From the IMG/VR virus record IMGVR_UViG_3300030207_001989, positions 1 through 25,416 of that record: 25,416 nt of DNA; one strand, written 5' to 3'. The translations under genes were made by a program, and so were the position numbers. Under the pieces are notes generated by a model. That model was given only the letters and a program-made list of their open reading frames with translations, did not search any database and was not told the origin of the DNA. The DNA comes from a virus (taxonomy: Duplodnaviria > Caudoviricetes). Below are positions 1 through 9,874 of this stretch, one piece after another (position 1 is the stretch's first letter; each line of letters starts with the position of its first letter).

Positions 1-812
1 GGGCCTGTCTGGTCTTCACTCAAAGCTAAATTAAATGTTGATTGTCCTTGATTTCCAGAAGGTATATCTAAAGTACTGTGTAGTCTGCCTGCTTGTAATG
101 TAGGAGCATTGGTAGCTCCTATGTCAAATAAACCTCCTATTTGAGCGCCACCGTTAGCTGTTATAGTTCCATCACCAGTTATAGTAGTTTTAGTAGTTGG
201 CCTAAAATCATCAGTACTAGTAATCGACCCTCCTATCAATCCAACATTAGCTGGAGCACATTGTCCTGCTACAGTAACGGTTGAATCATTAGCATTGAAT
301 GTTCCATTACCAAAAATATGTCCACCTACTGTAAGGCTAAAAGCACTAGAATAAGGTTGAAAAACTCCTGCCGTTATGGTAAGGGTATTGTCAAGAACTA
401 AACTAGGTGAAAACTCTATCGTATTGTTAGAAGCTGTAGCACTAGTCATATTAATTGTTAAATTATTAATATTTCCTGCAACACCGCTTCCATCTATAAA
501 TAGGCCATTTTGCTGCATACCAGTATTTGTAATTGTAACATTTAAATCACCAGTAATAGTACCATCGTGGTCTAAAGGTTTATTAGAGGTTGCTCCATTA
601 AGTGTTATAGTATTACTACCACCAGCTAAAGTTCCAGTAATTTTTAAAGCACGACACTCAAAATTTGTATTTAACGTAACTGTAGTACTACCTCCAACTA
701 CACATATGTCATCAGTGCCCGGAAAGTCAACACCTGCTGTACCGGGTGAAGTGTTACCATACGTACCACCGTCATTAATATTTCCATCTGTAGTTGACGT
801 AAAAGTTGCCAT
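1..812 (-). CDS. Virion structural protein (Gly/Thr-rich, probably beta-helical fibre or spike); runs off the left window edge
   Basis: Not in the ORF track. ATG at 812 gives MATFTSTTDGNINDGGTYGNTSPGTAGVDFPGTDDICVVGGSTTVTLNTNFECRALKITGTLAGGSNTITLNG..., 4 nt after the stop of the 817..1179 gene. The N-terminus resembles G8-like/beta-helix virion proteins. Confidence 0.7.
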   Translation of the reverse strand, partial: MATFTSTTDGNINDGGTYGNTSPGTAGVDFPGTDDICVVGGSTTVTLNTNFECRALKITGTLAGGSNTITLNGATSNKPLDHDGTITGDLNVTITNTGMQQNGLFIDGSGVAGNINNLTINMTSATASNNTIEFSPSLVLDNTLTITAGVFQPYSSAFSLTVGGHIFGNGTFNANDSTVTVAGQCAPANVGLIGGSITSTDDFRPTTKTTITGDGTITANGGAQIGGLFDIGATNAPTLQAGRLHSTLDIPSGNQGQSTFNLALSEDQTG

Positions 813-816
813 CTAC

Positions 817-1179
817 CTAAGCCTGTCTAAGCATTGCGTGTGTTATGGTACTAGAACCTGCTGCAGGTGTTACCGTAACTCCGACCCAATACAAACCTGT
901 GGTTGATATTGCCTTTAGCGCACTTGAGCTACCTGATACCACAACATCGTCTCCGATTTGTGTCCATTCTGATGCTGCGCCTAGAGTTCCAGAAGTTGCT
1001 GCTAATCTACCATAAACTTTTACTGTGTCTGTATTAGATGGTGTACCATTAGCATTATAGAACTGAAAAGACAATCTGTCTTCGTTTTGTACGTCCATTG
1101 GTGCAATTAATGTTACCTCTGACGTTCCCGTCTTAGTAAGTGAACCTGTGGTTAGTATTGCTGATTTAAAATTTGCCAT
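817..1179 (-). CDS. Small virion structural protein (beta-rich, 120 aa)
   Basis: GAGGT Shine-Dalgarno upstream; Thr/Ser/Gly/Val-rich; located in the morphogenesis block behind its own TATA promoter. Confidence 0.65.
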   Translation of the reverse strand: MANFKSAILTTGSLTKTGTSEVTLIAPMDVQNEDRLSFQFYNANGTPSNTDTVKVYGRLAATSGTLGAASEWTQIGDDVVVSGSSSALKAISTTGLYWVGVTVTPAAGSSTITHAMLRQA

Positions 1180-1231
1180 ATATTATACCTCACTTCGCTG
1201 GCTCGATGCCATACGTTGTATATAGTTATAA

Positions 1232-1260
1232 AATTAATCGCTGATAGTATATAAAGGTTT
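1232..1260 (-). promoter_or_regulatory. Archaeal-type promoter (BRE + TATA) with a downstream GATTAATT element
   Basis: Minus strand reads AAACCTTTATATACT-N6-GATTAATT, the same layout as 12452-12480. Confidence 0.7.
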
Positions 1261-1262
1261 CT

Positions 1263-4200
1263 CTAAGAAGTAGGTCCTACGTCACTTATAGTTAAAACCC
1301 ATATATTAGCATCAATACAAATCAGATGAGCTGTTTTGTGAGTTTCAAGTGATGCGTGACCAGCAGGAGGTGAACCACCACTTAATGAGTTTAGAGCAAT
1401 GTTACTACCAGCAGCAACTGCTTGATTTATAGTTTGACCTGTATTAGGGGTTATTTGAATTAAAGAGCCACCCGGAACAGTAGACTGATACAGACATCTT
1501 GCTACTATGAAATATTCATCGCCTACTTGAGGGTTTGATGGACAAGTTAATGTTAGGGTAGGAATAGTTGTATTATCAGCTGTAGCCAAGTAACGACTGT
1601 AACTATCAGATAGTGTTTCAGAGGCGCTAGCTGCACCGAGGTCAGTCTTCATTGTTTGCTGAACTGCTAATGTTGAACCAGTGACTGATAAAGAACCTGT
1701 AACTCCTAAGTCACCGTTGACTGTTAAAGATGGTGCACTAAAGTCACCCTTGATAAGTGGAGTGTTACTTTGTGAATTGTTTATGTAAAGTTCATTAGAA
1801 GTTGTACTTGTTGATGAAGGTCCTGCGCTAGGTCCTATTATTACATTACTTCCACCAGTAGTTACATTAATACCTGCACTCTTTCCTATGAAAACGTTAT
1901 TATCACCACCATTATTATTATAACCAGCACTGTGCCCAATAAGAACTGATGATTGTGTAACAGCATCTTGTCCTGCTCCATATCCTATCGCTACGGTATA
2001 ACTATGGTCGGCTAAAATACTACCTGCGAGACGACCTATACCTATATTACCATGACCAGTTGTTACACTGCGTAATGCATCTGAACCTAAACCAACATTG
2101 TAATCCCCTGTAGTTATACTGTATCCAGCTTGGTCTCCTACAAGAACATTTTCTTGACCGCTAGTTATACTTGTCAATGCTTCTGAACCTACACCTACGT
2201 TCTGTAGTGCTGTATGAACTCCTGAATTGTCACCTTTACCTGCTTTATAACCTATGAATGTATTGTAATTACCATGTGGATAGTATCCTGCTTGAAATCC
2301 TACTAAAGTACTTCCAGATGATTCTGAACTAAAACCAGCTAAAGAACCTACAAAAACGTTGTCTGATTGATTATTATCATAACCTGCACTGTGTCCTATC
2401 CCTACATTAGATGTTTGTGTATTGATTAAACGTAATGCATTATCTCCCATAGCTATGTTATAGTCGCCGGTTGTTATATTTTGTAATGCTTGATATCCAA
2501 CACCAACATTACTTGTACCATTTGTAATATCTAATAAAGCACTTGTACCTATACCTATGTTTTTATCTGCTTTACCACTAGCACCCATCAAAGCTTGCCA
2601 GCCAATAGCTACGTTGTGTGTACCATCTTCATTCTCTTGTGCTGCATTAGGACCAATGGCTATTATACCTTGTCCTGTAGTAATACCTTTACCAGCATTT
2701 CTACCTATTGCTACAATTTGAGTTGCAGATGAACCAGATAGGTATGCCTCAGAACCAATAGCTACGTTGTCGTTTGAAGTATTTTTCAATCCTGCAGAGT
2801 TACCTATAAATGTTGTATTGTTATGTGTTGAGCCTGAGAATCCTGCTTGAACACCCAAATGAGTATTACCAGCACCTGTAGTCATTGAGTATGATGTCTG
2901 ATAACCAATTGACGTGTTTGAGTAACCGCTAGTAATGCTTATTGCAGATTGGTATCCCATTGCTACATTTAGTTGAGCTGAAGAACCAGCACTAGCACCA
3001 GATAAAGCTTGATACCCTACAGCTACATTATAATTACCAGAAGGTCTAAAACCAGCTTTGTTACCTACATATACACTACCTGTTGCATTAGCATATGCAC
3101 CTGCTCCATTACCTAAAGCTACAGTTTCTTCAACATTAGTACCACTAACCACCGCAGATTGACCAATAGCTATTGTCTTTTTAGCTCCAGTAGCATTATA
3201 CATAGGTTGATGACCTATAGCCATCACAGAACCATAAGAATGTCCACCCGTTACAGCATAACCAGCAGCATGTCCTACGAAAACCCCAAAAGCACCATAA
3301 ACTCCAGAGGTAGTACCAGCATAATTGTATCCAGCATTTTGACCAATCATTACATTTTCAGCTCCTTTAGTAATATTGTAACCAGCTCGTCCACCAATCA
3401 CAACATTACTTGAACCAGTTGATATTTTTTCTCCAGCTTCTCTACCTATTACTACAAGATTACTAGCACTAGTACCACTATAAGCAGCTTTTCTACCTAT
3501 TACTACATTCTGCACACCTGTTGTATTAGTAAAAGCTGCTGAGCTTCCTATTGCTACTGAGTCTCCAGTACCTGCTGTGGGGTTTGTATTATACGCTGCA
3601 TATCTACCAATAGCAACCATATCGTCACCTTCTTGGTTTTCTTGTAAGGCTGAATGACCTACAGCTACATTGTCTTGTCCAGTTGTGCTACCTGTTGCAG
3701 CATAAGCTCCTATAGCTGTGTTACGAAGACCTGAAGTATTATCATACATTGATAAATAACCTATTGCTACGTTCTCCTCACCTGAAGACACACTCAACAA
3801 TGCTTGTCTTCCTATAGCTACGTTGTTTTGCGCGGTTGTAACCGAACTGTTCCCTTTCATAGCCTCTTCACCAATAGCAATATTGTAGTTACCACGTGGA
3901 CGATACAGTGTCTGTTTTCCAATCGCTACAATACTTCCTCCACCACCATTGTACGCTGCTTCATGTCCCATGACAACAACGCTGTCTGATGTATTTAAAC
4001 CATTTGCTAGGGCGTTGTTTCCTACAACTACATTGTTAGAAGTGGTGAGTCCATACCCAGACTGATAACCTAAGTATACGTTATAACCTCCAGTTTCGTT
4101 TGAGTGTCCTGCTGAGAACCCTACAAAAGTATTCTGTATACCAGAACTATTAGAAAATCCGGCATTCTTACCGAGTGCTACAATAGAACTTGCAGTATTA

Positions 4201-7200
4201 TTAGTTCCAGCTTTATAACCCACTAATGTAGATGCTGTTGCTGTAGATTGTGTATAACCAGCTTGATAACCTATATGTACATTATCTCCACCAGTAGTTA
4301 TACCATATCCTGCCGCATACCCTACAATTGTATTACTATCTCCACCTGCATTACTATACATCGTTGATGAACCAATAGCTACGTTGTAATCACTATCATA
4401 TGATGAATTAGCTCCTTTCATAGCTTCGTAACCCATGGCTACGTTATGACTACCTGACTCTGTTCGATGCATTGCATACATACCTACAGCTGTATTACGT
4501 GTATCACCTTCTACAAATTCCAGCATCGCAGAGTAACCAATAGCAACATTTCTACTTGCAGTGGTACCAGCTTCTAATGCGTATGAACCGAATACTGTAT
4601 TATAATTACCAGTGTTTATATTCTGCCCCGCTAAATATCCTCCAAGTGTATTCTCTATACCGTCAGACAAATCTTTACCTGCTTGATAACCGATAGCGGT
4701 GTTTTTGTCTCCGTCATTGATATTCATCAAAGCTTCTCTACCAATTCCTACGTTTAACTCTGCACTACCTGCAGCTGTACCAAATCCAGCATTGTATCCT
4801 ACCCAAGTATTGTAATTTCCAGTCGGATGATATCCAGATTGATAACCTATAGCTACTCCTCCAGCTCCACCAGACACTTTAGTCATAGCTGACATTCCTA
4901 CAGCTACATTGTAATCATTAGAACCAGTTCGTAACGCATTACTTCCTATACCTACGTTATTATCTCCTGAATGATAAATAGCAGCATTATAACCAACATA
5001 AGTATTGTGACTATGTGTACCAACACTTATTCCTGCTTCCTTACCAATAACTGTGTTTTGTCCTCCTGTGGTTACACCACTTCCAGCTTTACTTCCTACA
5101 GCTACGTTATTAACTCCAGTATTGAGTGTGTACAATGACCTATAACCTATAGCAGTATTATCATCAGCCGTAGTTATATCATCTAATGCACCTATACCCA
5201 AAGCTACATTATTACCTGCATCATTTGTTGTAGAAGAAGGGTTAGTCCCTATATAAATAGAATCGACCTCAGTTAATGCATCAACAAAGTTACCTATAGT
5301 ATCTGTGCCTGTGCCTATTGCTAATTTACCAGAAGATATAGAACCACCAAATGTACCTCCTCCTCCTCCGGCGGCAGAACCATTGTTTGTTAATGCAATG
5401 TCGTTACCGTCATCATCTGTAAAATATAAATTAGTAGGGTCGTCATTTTTAACCCATAAAACTCCCCAAGTATCTACGTGGGTAGGAGCCGAACTCTTTT
5501 CTTGTATCTGTATTGTGTCTACTACACTAATACCTGTAGTAGTTGGTAATGTACTACCACCGAACGCTACCTTACCTGTGAATCTTCCTGTTCCAGCAAC
5601 GTGTAACGTTTCGCCGGGAGTAGTTGATAATCCTATACCGAGGGGATTAACAAAGTAAGAATTCCCGCCTGCTTGTATGTAAGTATCTATATTACCAGCA
5701 CTGTCTTTTTGTCTAAAATAGGAGTTTGCTAATGTTGTCTCGTTGGCACCTCCACCACCTGCACCCTGTATAGTAATTACTTGGTCGTGTGTTGTATCTC
5801 CCCAGTAAGTATATGCAGTTGTACCGGCACCTCCATTCCACGGAATAAATCTAAGATAAGAACTACCTGCGTTTCCATCAAAATCCCAGTAAGCGTTGTT
5901 ATTGTTTATTTTACCAAATGTAGTTCCAGCAGATTTAAAAACAAGATTATTACCAGCATAATCTAAAACAATATCATTAGGGGAGTCTATTGTAAAATCG
6001 TCACTTGAATGAGGAGCTAATACTACGCCATCGCCAAGTGTAACTAAGTTATCTGTTATAGATAGTTGAACAGCGTTAGCTGCTCTAATAGCTAGAGTGT
6101 CAGATGAATGTGTATAATCTAATCCTCCTGCTGCATCTGCACCAGAGTCTCCCATATTAAATTGAGCATAACCATCAGTAGCAGACCGCAGTTGTATTCT
6201 AGAATATGCACCACTATCAGAAGATTGTACTCTTACTTCTTGTGTAGCAGTGCCATTAATATGTAAAGGATAAGATGGTGTGGTTCCTATACCTAATCGA
6301 CCGTTAGCTGTATCTAAAGTCATCTTGGTAGAAGTTGCGTTTTTGAATTTTATATTCTGAGAGTTATCAAATTCCATACTAGCAACAGTAGCATCTCTCA
6401 TCATAAATCTAGGATTACCATCTGCTGCACTATATATTTGATATTCATTGTCAAAGAACATATTCAATGAGTGGTGTGAGTTAAGAACCAAATTGTTGTC
6501 ACCAACAGTGTATAAAGATAAATCCCCAGAACTAGCTCTAATGTTTGCGTTTGCATCTCCAGTAGCTCCAATACTATCAGGGAATACTTCAAGGAAACTA
6601 CCTGCGTCAAAACTACCATCGCTAGCTACTGCCCTAAATCTAACAGAGCGACTAGCACTGTGTACCCAGAAATCAGTATAAGAATCGTTTGGATAAAGGG
6701 CTAAACCTGCACTACCAGATATCATACTATATTGGTTATCACCTGAAACAACAAAGTATGGGTCTATAACTATACTTTTACTACTAACCTCTGCCCTAAT
6801 ATTACCAGCTACGTCTAGTTTTTCAGCAGGTGAAGTTTCACCTATACCTACATTACCACCAGAAAGAATACGCATTCTTTCCGTGTCATTTGTACCAATA
6901 ATTATCGGTGCACTATGATTCGTACCAAAAAGAATACCATTACCGGCAGTTGATAGAAGTTCATTATATCCAGCTACTGTTACGCCATATCGAGTAACCG
7001 TTCTAGTATCTGAATGACTCAGAAGCCAACCCACCGCCGTTTGTGATTTAAAATTTAGACCACTATACGAACTTGTTCCGGCGGTAGCGTTTTGTGTTGT
7101 GATAACTAAGGGAGATGTCGAGTCTTTATGTATATCTAATATAGTATCAGGTGAAGTTGTGCCTATACCTACATCACCAGCACCTGTGATTCTCATTCTT

Positions 7201-8285
7201 TCGGTATTATCAGTTGAAAAATTGATATAACCTGCTGCACTCGCGCCTTTTAATTCAATAGTTTTAGTAGCTTTTAATAACATTAAATCAGAAGAATGTG
7301 TATATTGTATATATCCCGGTGAAGAAGCATCTCCATCTCCAAAATTAATTAAACTGTATCCTGTATTAGGGGAAGTAAATTGTAATTGTGCATACGATGA
7401 TGCATCTGATGTTTGAATTTTCACCCCACTAGTTCCATCACTTTTAACGTGTAATGTTTTTTCAGGTGCATTTGTACCTATACCTACACTACCATCTTGT
7501 TTGATTCCTAAAATAGGAGTACTACTTGGGTCTTCACTACCACTCGTCATATAGAACACGTTACCAGATGCACTCATCGAGAAATCTCTACCACTACCAA
7601 AACCTAATACATTAGTACCTTTGAGTTGGAAATACTTTTGAGAAGCAGTTTCAAAAATGATATTATCACCATTAAAGTAAAAGTTACCGTTATCGCGTAA
7701 TGAGACAATAGATTTATTAGTGGAGTTAGCTGTTATATTTAGATAGTTACCGTCAGCTGCAAAATTAAAGTAATTAGAGCCATCGTATGCTAATACTAGT
7801 TGGCGTGTTGTATCGGTTATGGTTGCTCTAGCACTATTTAAAGGTGTATTTGTACCTATACCTACACCAGCAGCTTTGATATTCATAGTGTTTGTATTAC
7901 CAGCGTAAAATCTAATATTGTCAGTCTCGAAACCTAAATAAGTATCTGTATCTCCGTTGTGTACAAGATTGCTACCAAGAAGTAAATTACTAGTCATGGT
8001 CACATTTGTGCCATTATATGTAAAACCTGAGTTACCAGCAAAGGCACCACCATTGTTATATTGTACTTGTGTATCAGAACCACCGGGAGTAGTTGTGCCT
8101 GCTAAAGCACTAAGATTAGCTGTCCATGTAGTGGCTTGTGTAGACCCTGTTAATACATTGTCTCCCCCTAATGTAGCCCCTGTAGTATAATAGTTATTGG
8201 AGGTTCCTCCTCCTCCACTCTCGTTAGTGGCTCTATTGTTAACATTCATTGCTAAACTTTTTAGTAACTTATTATACGATGACAT
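1263..8285 (-). CDS. Giant fibre/spike adhesin, 2340 aa
   Basis: The N-terminal ~950 aa have repeated '(E)RMRIxxxGxVGIGT' fibre motifs. Residues ~1020-2170 are tandem ~14-aa 'NVAIGxxA/NTxVGYxAG' repeats of the YadA-head/Hep-Hag beta-roll type, followed by a short C-terminal beta domain. Confidence 0.8.
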   Translation of the reverse strand: MSSYNKLLKSLAMNVNNRATNESGGGGTSNNYYTTGATLGGDNVLTGSTQATTWTANLSALAGTTTPGGSDTQVQYNNGGAFAGNSGFTYNGTNVTMTSNLLLGSNLVHNGDTDTYLGFETDNIRFYAGNTNTMNIKAAGVGIGTNTPLNSARATITDTTRQLVLAYDGSNYFNFAADGNYLNITANSTNKSIVSLRDNGNFYFNGDNIIFETASQKYFQLKGTNVLGFGSGRDFSMSASGNVFYMTSGSEDPSSTPILGIKQDGSVGIGTNAPEKTLHVKSDGTSGVKIQTSDASSYAQLQFTSPNTGYSLINFGDGDASSPGYIQYTHSSDLMLLKATKTIELKGASAAGYINFSTDNTERMRITGAGDVGIGTTSPDTILDIHKDSTSPLVITTQNATAGTSSYSGLNFKSQTAVGWLLSHSDTRTVTRYGVTVAGYNELLSTAGNGILFGTNHSAPIIIGTNDTERMRILSGGNVGIGETSPAEKLDVAGNIRAEVSSKSIVIDPYFVVSGDNQYSMISGSAGLALYPNDSYTDFWVHSASRSVRFRAVASDGSFDAGSFLEVFPDSIGATGDANANIRASSGDLSLYTVGDNNLVLNSHHSLNMFFDNEYQIYSAADGNPRFMMRDATVASMEFDNSQNIKFKNATSTKMTLDTANGRLGIGTTPSYPLHINGTATQEVRVQSSDSGAYSRIQLRSATDGYAQFNMGDSGADAAGGLDYTHSSDTLAIRAANAVQLSITDNLVTLGDGVVLAPHSSDDFTIDSPNDIVLDYAGNNLVFKSAGTTFGKINNNNAYWDFDGNAGSSYLRFIPWNGGAGTTAYTYWGDTTHDQVITIQGAGGGGANETTLANSYFRQKDSAGNIDTYIQAGGNSYFVNPLGIGLSTTPGETLHVAGTGRFTGKVAFGGSTLPTTTGISVVDTIQIQEKSSAPTHVDTWGVLWVKNDDPTNLYFTDDDGNDIALTNNGSAAGGGGGTFGGSISSGKLAIGTGTDTIGNFVDALTEVDSIYIGTNPSSTTNDAGNNVALGIGALDDITTADDNTAIGYRSLYTLNTGVNNVAVGSKAGSGVTTGGQNTVIGKEAGISVGTHSHNTYVGYNAAIYHSGDNNVGIGSNALRTGSNDYNVAVGMSAMTKVSGGAGGVAIGYQSGYHPTGNYNTWVGYNAGFGTAAGSAELNVGIGREALMNINDGDKNTAIGYQAGKDLSDGIENTLGGYLAGQNINTGNYNTVFGSYALEAGTTASRNVAIGYSAMLEFVEGDTRNTAVGMYAMHRTESGSHNVAMGYEAMKGANSSYDSDYNVAIGSSTMYSNAGGDSNTIVGYAAGYGITTGGDNVHIGYQAGYTQSTATASTLVGYKAGTNNTASSIVALGKNAGFSNSSGIQNTFVGFSAGHSNETGGYNVYLGYQSGYGLTTSNNVVVGNNALANGLNTSDSVVVMGHEAAYNGGGGSIVAIGKQTLYRPRGNYNIAIGEEAMKGNSSVTTAQNNVAIGRQALLSVSSGEENVAIGYLSMYDNTSGLRNTAIGAYAATGSTTGQDNVAVGHSALQENQEGDDMVAIGRYAAYNTNPTAGTGDSVAIGSSAAFTNTTGVQNVVIGRKAAYSGTSASNLVVIGREAGEKISTGSSNVVIGGRAGYNITKGAENVMIGQNAGYNYAGTTSGVYGAFGVFVGHAAGYAVTGGHSYGSVMAIGHQPMYNATGAKKTIAIGQSAVVSGTNVEETVALGNGAGAYANATGSVYVGNKAGFRPSGNYNVAVGYQALSGASAGSSAQLNVAMGYQSAISITSGYSNTSIGYQTSYSMTTGAGNTHLGVQAGFSGSTHNNTTFIGNSAGLKNTSNDNVAIGSEAYLSGSSATQIVAIGRNAGKGITTGQGIIAIGPNAAQENEDGTHNVAIGWQALMGASGKADKNIGIGTSALLDITNGTSNVGVGYQALQNITTGDYNIAMGDNALRLINTQTSNVGIGHSAGYDNNQSDNVFVGSLAGFSSESSGSTLVGFQAGYYPHGNYNTFIGYKAGKGDNSGVHTALQNVGVGSEALTSITSGQENVLVGDQAGYSITTGDYNVGLGSDALRSVTTGHGNIGIGRLAGSILADHSYTVAIGYGAGQDAVTQSSVLIGHSAGYNNNGGDNNVFIGKSAGINVTTGGSNVIIGPSAGPSSTSTTSNELYINNSQSNTPLIKGDFSAPSLTVNGDLGVTGSLSVTGSTLAVQQTMKTDLGAASASETLSDSYSRYLATADNTTIPTLTLTCPSNPQVGDEYFIVARCLYQSTVPGGSLIQITPNTGQTINQAVAAGSNIALNSLSGGSPPAGHASLETHKTAHLICIDANIWVLTISDVGPTS

Positions 8286-8293
8286 TTTAATCT

Positions 8294-8326
8294 AAATAAA
8301 ATTGTGGGGAGATTGTGGTTCTCCCC
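8294..8326 (-). terminator. Hairpin plus T-rich tract after the major capsid gene
   Basis: Minus strand GGGGAGA-ACCACAA-TCTCCCC followed by ACAATTTTATTT. Confidence 0.6.
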
Positions 8327-8353
8327 GTACCAGTTTAAAAAACGTTAGTCAGT

Positions 8354-9460
8354 CTAAGCGTTAATTAAGATTTGTCCAACTTCTGGTCGTACGACCTTTA
8401 GACCGTATCTCATAGACATGTAAGAACCAACAATTCCGAATCCCGGATTTGCTTCTTCTACAGTCAATGCACGTCTCTCGACATATGCCATTGGCTTCTG
8501 AGTTAAATCGAAAATTCCGATTCTGTCAGCAGGACAATATGCGTTGACGATGACGTTACAGCCGTAAAGTGAACCTTTCAAAGCACCAGTTCCTAGCATA
8601 CCTGATAATGGGTTTGCAGGGTCGTAGTTAGAAGGTACTTCGTTACCACCAGCGGTAGCTCCACCAGAACCAGCCATTGTTGCGTCGAAAGCAGTTATGA
8701 AATCTGCCATCTTCAACATTTGCTCGTAGTGGCCGGGTGACATCAAAATTGTATTAGCGTTGTATCCGTGTTTGGACATACGTGTAATAGCTTTTGCGAC
8801 ATCTCCCAATGAGAATGCACCAGCTGTGCTTGAAGTTGTGTTGACGTAAGACTTAGCTCCAGACAAAGTTGCTAGGGTTTGGTCACCATATTGGTCCAAA
8901 CGTCCTGCGAAGGTTGCGTCTGCACCTAAGAAACCACCGTATACATTATCAGAGAAATCTACAATGTTTGCTTCAGTTGTAGCTGCGCCGATGCTTGCAC
9001 CGTCGACACCTGTTCCTAAAGTTGCGTCGTATATTCCGAAGATAGTGTTGATAACGTGGGTTGTTAAGTGTCTGTCGACAGCTCTTCGGGCTTCATTCAA
9101 AGCCATTTCAACTTCGTTGAATCTTGAATCTTCAATCATTCTGCGGGTTACACCTACTGCAAGACCCCACTCTTTAACTGATACTCTCTCGGAGCGTAGT
9201 TTTGTGTGTTGGTATTGCGGAGTGTTTCCTTCATCTATCTGTTCCATTTTCATGGAAGGTTTTGCGAAAGTAATATCAATATTACCCCCTGTATCTGTTG
9301 TCATTGGGTCTGCAAAGAGCTGCATGACTGGAAGGTCTGTAACCTTGTAGTCAATGATTGCGTCTTTATAGTCAATGAGAACTCGCTCACCAGTTCCGCC
9401 AGTGTTGGCGTATGAACCAGTGTTCAGGGTTGTCAATATACCGGGAGTTGCGTCGACCAT
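8354..9460 (-). CDS. Major capsid protein (HK97 fold)
   Basis: 368 aa, downstream of the protease and decoration genes. Motifs 'IDEGNTP', 'KEWGLAVGVTRRMIEDS', 'GSLYGCNVIV' and 'MRYGLKVVRPE' are typical of HK97-fold MCPs. GGTGA SD upstream. Confidence 0.9.
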   Translation of the reverse strand: MVDATPGILTTLNTGSYANTGGTGERVLIDYKDAIIDYKVTDLPVMQLFADPMTTDTGGNIDITFAKPSMKMEQIDEGNTPQYQHTKLRSERVSVKEWGLAVGVTRRMIEDSRFNEVEMALNEARRAVDRHLTTHVINTIFGIYDATLGTGVDGASIGAATTEANIVDFSDNVYGGFLGADATFAGRLDQYGDQTLATLSGAKSYVNTTSSTAGAFSLGDVAKAITRMSKHGYNANTILMSPGHYEQMLKMADFITAFDATMAGSGGATAGGNEVPSNYDPANPLSGMLGTGALKGSLYGCNVIVNAYCPADRIGIFDLTQKPMAYVERRALTVEEANPGFGIVGSYMSMRYGLKVVRPEVGQILINA

Positions 9461-9470
9461 TTAAATCACC

Positions 9471-9872
9471 TTAGTTCCTCATCAAGACAGGATGCATTGC
9501 GTAGGTGTTGGTTGTAACAGTTGCGCCAGTCATGGCTACTCCTACAGTTGTACCTGATGCTGCAATGGTTGCGTCGGTTCCTGCGATTAGAACACCGTCT
9601 GCTACAACATCTAACAATTTTCCTTCGTCTATTGTTCCTGAACAGTAAACATTCAATATGACACCTTTTCCAGTTACTACTGAAACCATGTCGCCTGCGG
9701 CTGCGTCCATAAGGGCTACACCGATTGCATTGTGTGCGTCTGCTCCGGAGTGGTCTACAGCGCCATCGGTAGCTAGAGTTACAACTCTTCCACCGGTAAC
9801 GGCTGTTCCAGCTGTGAATGGTAAAATTCTTGCTGGTGCTCCTCCATCGTTAACTAAAACTTCTGTTGCCAT
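9471..9872 (-). CDS. Capsid decoration/cement protein (DUF2190-like)
   Basis: 133 aa, Ala/Gly/Val-rich, with 'AIGVALMDAAAGDMVSVVTG' and 'VGVAM'; lies between the scaffold and MCP genes. Confidence 0.75.
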   Translation of the reverse strand: MATEVLVNDGGAPARILPFTAGTAVTGGRVVTLATDGAVDHSGADAHNAIGVALMDAAAGDMVSVVTGKGVILNVYCSGTIDEGKLLDVVADGVLIAGTDATIAASGTTVGVAMTGATVTTNTYAMHPVLMRN

Positions 9873-9874
9873 TT

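Noticed and set aside
1183-1212. 9-codon uORF (MASSQRSEV) upstream of the 120-aa gene
   Set aside because: It is not at the leaderless spacing from the TATA box and has no SD, so it is too short to support.
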